DNA from: Somniosus microcephalus
Lineage: Eukaryota
DNA: 64,000 nt
Assembly (NCBI GenBank): GCA_052327205.1
Contig: CM126214.1
Coordinates: forward strand, 23,374,001-23,438,000
Direction: 5' to 3'
Below are positions 24,401 to 36,400 of this stretch, in pieces. A program made the position numbers and the translations under genes. A model generated the notes under the pieces. That model was not told the DNA's origin. It ran no database searches and saw only the letters and a list, made by a program, of their open reading frames with translations. How positions within the stretch are numbered: the stretch's first letter is position 1; each line of letters starts with the position of its first letter.

Positions 24401-27400
24401 ACATTCAGAATAGAAGAAATACCTCTTGATGAAAGTTTCAAACTTGTATACAACAAAGCAGCTGTGCTGGTAAGCAGTTCAACTTATTTCACCAATATTC
24501 CACTATTTTTGATTTTACAAACTAAGCACCTTGGAAGATTTTTGTACATGTAACCTGCAAGTGTAACACAATATAAGCATTATAATACTTTCTTGAAACA
24601 CTGCATTTATCAAAACTTCAAACCACTTTGGGGGTAATTTTCACCTTCACCGCGTGGGCAGTAAACTAATGGAGCAGAACCTGCAGAAATGTAATTTGAA
24701 ATGTAAATTGGGTGGGTTCTATAACAAGCCGTCTGCTCCACCAGTTTACCGCCCAAGCAGTGATGGTGAAAATTACCCCCATAGTGGTGTGACTGGAACA
24801 TACGATAACAGTCAGAATTTCTGAGCTTGGTCAGTAAGTGGAGGGGAAAAAAATATCAGTCCATTCATCCTGGTCATGGAGTAAACAACACATTGAACTG
24901 TTGTAGCTCTGGTTGCCAATTAAGACTATGATTGAAGTCTAGCACTTTGGCTGCAAAGTTATTTACTTGGTATTTCAGAGCTAACCACAGTTATAGTTTC
25001 ATTTTTTCTCACCACTGGGATGTCTTTCCACTGCACCCATTGCAGTTCATGATTGATTGATTTATCACTGCTGTGTTCAGTTCATTATTTAAATTTTCAC
25101 CCATTACTCTCAGCACTGCTTGTATCACTTCTAAGGAACCAGGCAAAACTGAAAATAGGCTTCGATTCTGAACTGAAAGGGAGCTTATTTCCAGACATAA
25201 TGGCTTAGGTTTTCCACGGGCAGGAACTTTGAATGCCTGTCCTACGCACTCCTAACCCTGGTCTACTTTCTGGGCTCGGGGTCACTGACTTGTTGGGGGG
25301 CTGGTGCTTGGGTCATTACAGCTTTGTTGGGACCCCTGCCTCAAGTGAGGGGGGAATTGCTGTGGTGCCTCACTGTGATGTAGGTTGGAATGTGCTGCTG
25401 GCAGAAGTACCAAAACAATTTAAAAACACTTACATTTTTGAAATTTGCATTCTGTGATTGATTTCACAAAGTAAACTGACAAATTAAATTTAACCCCTCT
25501 TCCCCCATTGTAATTAGGCACCTAAAGAATAAATGTATGAAATTGCCTATAGTGCTGACTGTGGCAGGATGGGTCAGAAAGAACTGGCTTTAAAAGCCAA
25601 GAGGCAATGACTACACATTTACTTAATGGCACTTTACTGTCTGTTCATTCCAATGCATTGTTATTGGCCCGTAGCCGTGCTGAATGCCAGGGATGTACAG
25701 GTGTCCCAGCGGAGCTAGAGCACAAACGACAGAAAATGCGTAGTATGGCAACATTCTGTTATTTGCCTCATTTAATACACCCGGGCGTATTTGGTTGGGT
25801 TATTAATACGTTCAACGTCACTTCTGCTGGAAAATCCCAACAAATTTTCCTCAACACCCTGCCCAGGCTACGGCTGTTTACCAGTATATCCAATGAGAAG
25901 ACTCAAGCCTCATATTTTTATTACCTGGAACAAATTCAGTAACTCCTTTTAGATCCCAAATTCCTGGACTCCACAAATGTCTAATTCAAGCCAAAGCACG
26001 CTCCAGGACTCTGGTTTGTCGTCCTCAAATGAGAGAAGTTACAGATAAACAGTCAGGATATGTAAAATGGTAATACAAAAAGGGGAAATACTAAATGACC
26101 CGTTCCTGTTTTATTGTGACTGTGAGAAACATTTCAATTACGACAGATTTATCTCATCATCCTCCTCAGTGGAGGAAGCAGCCAAATCTAACCTATGGAA
26201 ACATACAGAAGTATTTTTCCAGAAATTTGTAGGGGCTATTTTACAATGAGACAGTGCTTAATCTTTTAATTTCTCTCAGGTTACATTTAAGAACGGTACA
26301 AGATGTCCACTTTAAAAAAAACATACGGCGACAATTTGTTTATTTTAAAAATAGCATGAAGAAAAACTTGTAATCTTTCTCGAATTCTAAGTTCTTATGA
26401 TCAAGCAGAAATCGTTTTTTTAGAAATATTAAGTGAAAGAGTTTTATTTGTTAAATGTGGTGCAAAAGAAATTCATGTTACTGCTTCTGCCATACAACAT
26501 TTCTGAGATATAAATGCGAAAGAAACTTTTTGTCGGTATTTGTATATGTTTAGATTACTTAGATATGCCTGAAAAAGTGTTTTCTTTTTCAGTGGGCTGA
26601 AGCAATGACTATTTTCCAACATGCAGCAGACTTAATTTGTTTGGAGTCCAGGAAATCTCTTTGGGGACAGTTTTGGTCTGCGCATCAACGCTTCTTCAAG
26701 TATCTGTGTATTGCTGCCAAAGTTAGACGTTTAGTAGAAATAGGCAGACAAGAGCAGCAGAAAGGCAAGGTGAGAGGTCACTTTCTGCTTTTAAACTGTG
26801 TAGAAGACAACCTTCTCTTACTGTTTAATGGAAATAGCATATTACTGTTGACCAGGTATAATTATGACGCAGATATATATGATCAGGTACTTTGACAGTG
26901 TTTGACATCAATTTTTGGTACGCAGTTGCAATCTCTTTAAATTAAATTTAGGTCTATCTCAGTGACCCACATCAGTCTCCATAAACTTGAATCATGCCCA
27001 ACTACGGCCTTTTTTTTTTGCATAGCGCCATCTCTGGTTTGGCAGAAAAGAGTCAAAATAAATTATTGGAATGTATAGTTCTGGGTCGTATAATGATGCC
27101 ATTAAAACAGATCACTTCAAATCAACTCAACTCTTGTTTGTCATATTGTCAATATATATATATTGACATTGATGTATGAATATTATCTGTACAGGAAACT
27201 CATCGATACCAGTGGGTTTATGGTATTGTAATTGTGCAGTGTCAAACAAGTATGCAAATTGATGTGATTTCCATGCCAAAAAATATGATAGTGTTACATT
27301 CATTGGCTGTATTTTGTAAATAGCTTTTTTACCACAACGTTTCCATGTAATCTTAATTTTTGTATTGAATGTTATCAATATTCACTGGAAGCTTAATAAT

Positions 27401-30400
27401 GCAAGGAGGTAAAGCATGATTCCTGCTAGTCATATCACAGAACACTGTAAATACTATAAATACGATTCTTCTCTCTATGCTTTTTATAGGAATGGGAGTA
27501 GGCCATTCAGTTCCTCAAGCCTGTTCTGCCATGTAATTAGATCATGGCTGATCTGTCCCTCAACACAATTTACCTGCCTTTGGTCCATATCTCTTGATAC
27601 CCTTACCTAACACAAATGTATCGAGCTCAGTCTTGAGAATTCAAATTGTCCCAGCAGCCACAGCCTATTGGGGAGTGAGTTCCATGTTTTCCATTACTCT
27701 TTTCATTGTTCTCCCCATACAAGTCCTTTGGCTTTCCTGCAACCTCCTCCACCATTGTAATTAGGTACCTAAAGAATAAATGTATGAAATTGCCTATAGT
27801 GCTGACTATGGCAGGATGGGTCAGAAAGAACTGGCTTTAAAGCCAAGAGGCAATGACTACACATTTACTTAATGGCACTTTACTATCTGTTCATTCCAGT
27901 GCATTGTTATTGGACTGCAATCCACAGGTGAGGCTCGGACACGAGAAGTACTTGATGAGAACGACGGCCACCTTAATCAATTTGTATCTGCTGCAGTGTA
28001 AGTAAAGATGTCGTGCCATTTCAATGACTGTTGGATAGGTAAATTAAACGGCTTAAGTCTGTCTAATTCTTGTAACTCTATGCAGTTACATCTTTGACAT
28101 CGTTTCAAGAAGTTAAAATTGTTAAAGAATATTATGCTTTTGTTATAAAAAATCCAGATTTTCCACTTTAAAGGCATTTATAAACCTAATTTTAACAGTG
28201 AGACATGCATAACATTTTTATAACTATGCCTGCTTGTTAAAGGACTGGCCCCATCTACAAAGGGGCTGCCTGAAAATCATTTTTTTTTTTAAATCTTCAA
28301 GGGTTTGGGCAACAATCCTGGCCAGAACCCCATGGTCCACTGCCATTAGTTATCAGGCATACCAGAAACATTCGTAAGTCAGATCCTTAATTATACCCCG
28401 CAGAGCAGGAACTTGACATTCAGAGTCTACACCCCCGCCTCCCAGCTCCAAACGTTGATGGCCTTATAAGGGGTGGGTGGAAGCTCCATGGCTCACAAGG
28501 CCATTGAGGAAACTCGGACGCAAGGCGGGTTGATGTAATTGGGTTCCGGAATGGGTTCCGGAATAGTTTCCGTCTATTCCAGAGGCCTCCTGCTGAAGTT
28601 ACAGCAGGTGGATCACCAGAATTGGCTGCATGCCCACTCTCTTCATCAAATTTGTTTGGCTTTTCTTTGTTTATCAAGGGAGAAGAGCTCTGCATCGTTT
28701 TTATCCCAGTGATGTCACATTTAATGGACTTTATGACACCTTAGAATGTGATTTATGCATTATATTGTGTTTACAAAAAATAAAAAAGGGGTTTGCCAAA
28801 TAATTTTTTTTTAAGAAACAGCATCCTTTAGCGTGTTGTTTTATTATATTTACTTGTTGCCATAGAATTTGGAAAAGTACCAAATCTTTTCCTGTTATTT
28901 TCTACATAAGTTAAATCAATTTTATTTTTGTCATATAAAATCTGTTTAATGTGGAAACATTGCTTTAGGTTAAAGTACTAAATTTAGCCATGATGAGTCT
29001 CTTGTGTAACCTGCAGTTATACATATTAACATGTAAATAGCTCTGACCTTTGCATTACTATTTACATAAATAGCTTTGAACTTTTAAGTTTACATGACTA
29101 TAAATAGCTGTGACCTTTGTATTAATCCTTTAAAATCAGACTACTGAGAATTTAGTAGTTGCAAGTAGTTACAAAAATGTAAAGTTATTTACTTAGACTG
29201 CAATTGGACTGCCCTGAATTTACCACCGGATGCGGTACTGAGCGATACAGACAAGGAGGTTCCTAGATTTGCTCCCTGGTCTCTATTGAATTAGCTGCAT
29301 ATTATGCAGATCAGCAGTGGGTTACTGGCTTCAGAGTACTGAGCTGGAGAGGTGAAAATTCAGCCAGGATTTCCATCTCTAATCACTATCCAGTGACCCC
29401 TTACTTCTAAGTGTGTGAGTGGATGTGAGGTAACAACAGGATCAGAGCCAACTGTGATGTCCCCCACAGTCAGATAGCCTTCCAGCATCACTCTCTAGGC
29501 ACGCCCATGAAAAATGAGCAGCTAGTCATGATACTTGGTATCTGCTGCTGCCCAGGGAAAGCTATCAAATCATGAGTCACTCTCTTCGGGATAGCAGCCA
29601 AGAAAATAGGCAGAATTTTTTTTTAAAGACTCAATAATTGATTCCCCACATACTAAAAGGTAAGATTAACTAAAACCTTGGTGAAATGGCATAAACAAAT
29701 TTTCATACCTGTTCTCTGAGGTTTCTGCCGATCTTCCTATGCCAGGAGATCGGAAGAACCCCTGTGGAAATTCCAGCCCTAAGTTTCTCATCTCACATGG
29801 GTTGTTTGAGAGACCGTCGTCAAGCCAAAACTAGAGCCAGAAAAAAAAAAATGTTTTTGTCACAGTGGCAGTGTGATTGCTGTTGTTTGTACTTAACCTA
29901 CCATCACAAGTCTGACTCTTTGGATCAACAGACTACCTGCTGGCAGATAAGTATAACGTGTGTGTTCCAAGTTATACTTAAGCACACACTGACACTTCAG
30001 CTTCCTCTGACATTCAAATCCTCGCAGCTTATGTGTAGACAGCGTATTGTATAGTAAGTACATGTGTCTGAGCATGCGCATGTGAGGTGATGCTGAAGTC
30101 TGAGAGGAAGCTGAAGCATGTGTTGCGCAAAGCCAGGGTTATAAATCTCATCATCAAGAAACGACTTATGAAATAACGCTGGACGGCCAGCTGGTGGCGC
30201 TGTCCAAGGAGTATAAATACTGTACTCGGGCGTGGGCCCCAGCTTACCAGGGACATTTTGTAAGACAAGGAACTAGTGAAGTACAACTAGACCTCCATGT
30301 TCTGAAACAAGTTGATTAAAGCCTTGCTTTATGCTCAAACCAAGTGTGTAGTGAGTTTTATTACGTCAGCCAGTATAATTTATCTGCTGCAATTGAGCAT

Positions 30401-33400
30401 ATTAAATAATATCACCCCCCAGAGTCATAAAGCGCATGCCTCAAGATAAGTATCACTACAACATAAAAGTTGCTCTACAGTGAAAGAATAGTAGGCCAGA
30501 AATTGAATTCTTGAACCAACCCAGTGGCACGGTTGCCAAATATCTGCCAACTCAATAGGAGGTTCCAGGTTTGATGATCAGTACTCACATCATCTCAGGA
30601 GTGTGTTCCAGCATTTAGAGTTGAGCGGCTAGATGGATTCTGTTACACAGCGCAGGTGAAGGAAAACTGGTGCCGTTAGCATGCCTCCTACTGGCAGATT
30701 ATATATCAGAGAGGGAACTTTTACATTTTATTTTATGTGATAGTTTGCACTTTTCACCATGACCTTATTTTCTGTATTTTGTAAATAATATGCTTTTGTA
30801 ATAACAACAACATTTTATAAATTAATTTGAAAAAGGAATACAATACTTTAAACGTTTAAAAATCTGAGTAGCTGGATTAAATTTAGCATTTTACTTACAG
30901 AGGTGTCTTTAAGTCACTAATTCAGAAGCACTTTCCGTCAACAAAGAGAAAGAAAGAAAAAGAAACGGGAACAAAAAGGAAACGTAAGATGACATTACAG
31001 ATAATAACTTTTTAATAAGTAAAAGTACAGATCAAGCAATTTTGTGATATTTCTATGGTTCTTTGCTCATTATCTATTCAGTAACATCCTACTTTCCAGT
31101 AACACATGGACAGAGAGTTTGGCCCCTACATTATTGAGGCTGGTGAAGGCGGAAAGGCTGATTTCCACCATGGGAGGGAGGTCCCGAATTTGGGGCGGAA
31201 CCTAATTATGCCAGGCTTCCACCCCATTTGTTCTGGCCTTTTAAGTTTCAGTAGGGGGGAAATGTAGCTGGTTCTTCCGCCCGCATTCCCTGTGTCAAGG
31301 GGTTGTATCATTGGAATTCTCATGCTTCCCCAGAAAAGTCTGCCCTTTGCTCCCTTGAAAGGCCTCAGCAGAACTCACACCAACAGAAAGCCTTCTGAAG
31401 CCCCAAACATTTAATAGAATAAGGTAATCAATCGCCTTGTCTGGAGACAAAATGGCTCATTGAGCTGAAGACTGCAGAAAGATGATGTTCTTCTGTGGCT
31501 TGTTGAGCCTAGGGTGATCTCAGGCAGGGGTGGCTGTGGTTGAGTCTACCTTACGGGGAGGATCAAGCTGAGGCAGGCACTGCTGATGCATCCTTGCAAG
31601 CGCCAGCAACCCAGACTGGCCATGCAAATGACCACAGGATTTGGGACAGGTTCTTCAACAGGGGCTGACTGATCTGGAGATGAAATTACTCTTACCACTT
31701 AGGCAGAACATTACATGGGAACTAAAAGTTTTGCCCAATGCACTCACAGGAGTGGCGACCTTTGCTCTGTGAACTTTCTGGAAGCTTGGATGTGTGAGGG
31801 TGCACTAACAAAATGCACAACTGAGTGATCAATTTAGAAAGTGGGAAATCAGTGCTTAACAATCCGATAAACCATTATCACAGGTACTGGATATTAATTC
31901 TGTTTGATTTTGACAGCAGATTTGGAAATATGAACACAAATGCCCTAATGTCATATTAATGTTGATATACTAGATTAATAAACATAAATGTACAGTAAGC
32001 ATGCGCACTAGCTCTAACGTACAGAAAAAAATCACCTCACTTTGTTTTGTTGTAAACCATGGAGTCTAATTATGTATATAAGATGTGACTCATCTTACTA
32101 GTTTTCATCATTCTTATAAAGGTTGAGAGGCGTACTGATGCATGCTTTGTGATGCACAGTTTCTGTATTGTGATGTGGTTATGGGTGAGAGTTCACTGTG
32201 GGGGCAGGTGATACGTTGATTGTGCAGCAGTAGAAAATAGTGGGCAATTTTTTTCCACAACAGTAATGGACATTGCAGCAAAGATTAAGACCCTGACATT
32301 ACCGTGTGAAATACTGGCATACAAACACTTAATGCATTCACTTAAGATTCTTCTTTTCGCTAATTTAACTGAGGCACTAGTCCATTTAAAATAACTAGGC
32401 AAACAGCTCCTCTAATATGGCGGAGAGAGGATTTTCAGATGCAGCATTCATACAGTAATATTCCTCAAGGTAATTTCAGAGCATAAATATTTGTAATTGA
32501 TCGAAAACACAGAAGTGAGGTGTAATGAAATCTGTTTGTCTTGATCCTGTATTCGTTTTGCACTCATGTATATTACCCTCCCCCACTGTGTATAGTTTCA
32601 CTTCCTCTTTCCCGACTAACCTGGGAGGTTCCAGGTCTTGGCTCTTGGCTCCGCCCCTGACTTCTCTTACATAAAGATCCCAGGATCTGTATGACTCATT
32701 CCTGTGAACCAGTCGGCGTGTTGAGATGTTAGCTCTGATCTTAGTGATTAAAAGCCAACTTGTTTAAGTCTATAACTTCTAGTTTTGTGGTTATTGAAGG
32801 CCCATCATGAGGATAATTTACAAAGCTGTTAGCTGGCAACCATTCACTATTAACACTGGTAATATATAGGGAACTTTCCCATTTTCCATCAATGTGATCC
32901 TTCACATGATGAAGAATAAAAATTGAATAGCATAAATGCAGATTGTTTTTCTTGAATACCTTGAGCTGTGTTCCCTTTCATTTGTATGTAGCAATGGTAT
33001 AATCACTTTTTGTAAATTGCTCTGAAATAAAAGTGATAACTTCTGCAGGTGTGATTGCTTAACCACTCCTGATATATCAGACCCTAAGCAATGCTTCAAA
33101 AGTGTTATTTTTGCATGTAATGGAAGGGTACTTTTATTGCCTGCCATTAGGGTCTAGAAATTGGATCTCTCAGCACAATTTAGCACCCACATTCCACGCA
33201 GGGAAAGCGGCGAATGCCAAATTGGTTAGGGCACCCTGGATGAGAGCGCATGCCTGAGACCAGCCGTAGGCCCATTTCCTATGCGAATCCAGGGCCTACC
33301 GCGGGTTTCAGGCCCCTTGCCCATATTCAATTGCGATTGAGCGTGCGCCATGTGTGCTGCGGTCAGTTTTCTCAGGCCTAAAGCAGCCAGACAAACAGTC

Positions 33401-36400
33401 CTTAAAGGGAGTGATGGAGGCTGCCACAAAACGATTAAGTAAGAAAAAGACTTAGCTGAAAGCAAAGCCAAGAAGAGCAGGTGCGCTCCTCCTGGCTCTA
33501 CAGTGAAACTCCCAGACACTGCTCACACCCTTCTCCTTCCTAAGTTCCCAAACCCACCCCCCCCCCAGACTCACTGTGGGCCTGGTGCCAGTGTCTATGC
33601 CAGTAGATTTTCGTTTTCTGCAGGACAAGCGCATTGCCTCCTCGGTCACGCAAGAGAACCAATTTCACATGATCCTCACACATCCGTTTCAGCACGGTGA
33701 TCACTGCCACTGCTGTGTTTGCCTCCAAATTTGAGTGCGAACCAATTTCTGCTCCTAGCTGCTTGGGAATGATGGCAGAATGATCTACCAAAGAATGGTC
33801 ATACTATAAAATACAGCACTCACTACATATAGATAGCTGTCTGAAGTACAGGAAACTTTCGATTTACCGGCACCTAAATAACCAGAAATCTCGGTTAACC
33901 GGCAAAATTCAGGAGTAGGTTTTACTTCATATTCTACTTGCGTTCCTCCATCTGTTGCTGTGCAAGGGTGTGGCTGCAGCTGTTGCTAAGCTACAGAGAC
34001 GCTTGGAACTTGTGGCCATTGTTCTGCAGTTGTTGCTAAGCAACAGGGTTTGTTGCTTTATACAGAGCTGTCAGCTCTCCGTATCTTTTACTATAGCTTT
34101 CGGTTATCCGGAATCTTTGATGAACCAGCACCACGTCGGTCCCGTCCGTGCCGGATAAAAAAAGTTTCCTGTAATACAAAGCTTTCAGCTTAAAAAGATT
34201 TGTTCAAGTGATAGAAGCCTGAATACAGTGATCACAGTACACAGATAACACCATTATTTTCTTTTAGTGAAAATTGAATACCGTATTGTCTGTACTGTAT
34301 AATGAATCTACAGCAAGTATTTTCATGTTCGCTGTGCTTAATGCTCCTTTGTACTCCTGCTGCGAGTTGAGCGGCTGTTTGCCAAATAGAAATGGGTAAC
34401 TCAGCCATGGCATCATTTTTAAATCCTGTAAGCTAAGCATAAGCAGCTTATTTGCATTAGAAGTAGCTGCAAAACCTATACAATTTCTGAAGGATCATGA
34501 TTACAAATGGAGGATTTGAAATAAGAATCCATTTACTGCTGGACATTTCATCTTGTTCCTTGTTCACCCCTAGTTTCGCACCGCATTACAGACTTTCCCA
34601 CATTCATACCTTAACCTATAATAGTGAAAATACCATTTCTTCAGCTAGAAATTTTACAGATTTATCCTGCTTCAAAGTCCTTTGTAGAGTAGAAAGGATT
34701 ACATGCACGTGTGAAGGCAAATAGATCAGTGAAGGAGTTCTAAAAGAGGTTACCTTCAGTGCATGAAATTACATGTTTTTCTGTTCTTTTTAAGTACTGA
34801 TTTTATATTGCTTAAAATAACATTTGTGTGCCATTACTATTTTTAACCTATTTCCTTCTTTAAATACTTTCCCACAGGAAAGCAACGTGGTCGGCCCTTG
34901 AAACATTCGAAAAGTGTTCCAGAATATGTGTGTTTGTTCAAAAGCAGTGACGACAGCAGCTGTGATTCTGACCTTGATACTGACAGTGATCTGAACTCAT
35001 CGCCTGCATCTGCCATGGAGATATCTGAAGAGGCTGATGTCATTGCTTTGGATCCTCCCATAAATGGTTTTCTATCTACGGCAAAAGGTACCATCTAATA
35101 TAATGATTTGAACGGCACGAGTTGTTGGAACTCATTAGTTGAGCTTGGGTTTACGCCCTTGATTGTCCATATAGTCTCTGTCGTGCCAAAAGGCACAGGG
35201 AAGGCACTTCCCCACTGGGATGGAGGAAGGAAGAGTCATGCCAGGCCACTACTAAACATTTTATCACAGTTAAGCAGCACTGGAAGTTCACCATCCTGCC
35301 TCTTCGACTGCGATATAATGTGTAGCATGGCCAGAACTAAAGAGGAAAAAAATACAAAATAATTTTTAAAAAATATGATTCCTAGAGCACTCTGAATCCA
35401 GTGGTTTTAGAGAAGTATTAACCTTAAAAACACTGCGGATTGATCTGGTCACATGTATTATGCATGCAGGTTAATCAACAGAATTTTCATTAAAACGATA
35501 AACCTTTTTCTAAAAACCGATCCCACTTCCAGGATGATCGGCGAGAACAAAGAATCCTGGAGAAGACGGTAAACATGTTGGCGCCAAAGATCAGTAGTCC
35601 CAGCATTTTGGTGTAAGTGCTGGGATGCACCCATCCATACCTTCCAGCGCTGACCCCCCACCAAAGCTTGCAGGGTCATGGGGAGATCACCCAATTTAAA
35701 TGTTTCGGGAGCCCATCTTGAGCACTTTCTGCCCCAAGAGGCCACAAAATGTGGCAGAGTTTGATGCCAAGACTTCCACCCCCTGCTAGAAATATCCCCT
35801 TTGTAAGGGGACTGAAAGTTTTTTTAATAAATTACTCACCATCTTTGGGGGTCTAATCCATGAACCAGGCTTAGAGTGAGCCCCATTTCTGCCATTCAGT
35901 GCCGGGTCTCGCTTGGCATACTGGGCCATCAATGCTACACCAGGCTGGTAACACAACAACTCCTAGCCTGGAAGCTCCTGCCACCAGCCACACTCCCACG
36001 TACGCAGTGGATCTGTTTGTGGTGGAAAGTGGCTCCAATCCTTACAAGCCCCTGTCAAAACTGCCAGAGAAGACAGGGACCTGGATACTGTCCTTATGCC
36101 GGACTCCCACAGGATTTATCACAGGAGCGTGCTGTACAGACTGGATTTTTATTGCTCCTAAAATAGTTGGCAAAAGTAAAATTCAAGATGTGACAGAGCA
36201 AGAGTAAAAAACATTGGCCTAGAAATTCACTATGGCCCCGCCAGCTGGCTAGCGCCCAAAAGTTAGCGCTGGGCGGGAAGCCTATAGCGATCGTCAGATA
36301 TTCATTGTTAGCGCCCCAATTCGGAGCCGGGCGCTATACCAGGGTGTGCCCGCCTCCGCTTGGGGCGCTGACACTGAATATCAGCGCTCTTGGCGCCGCT

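Noticed and set aside
28990-29046. C/D box snoRNA (ATGATGA...CTGA)
   Set aside because: Too short, with no terminal stem and no C'/D' boxes; likewise ATGATGA at 11451 lacks a terminal D box.
30030-30463. Fourth solo LTR (TATAAA, ATTAAA, ...CAACA)
   Set aside because: LTR-like, but I could not find a matching TG start with a TSD, so it is not listed as a feature.
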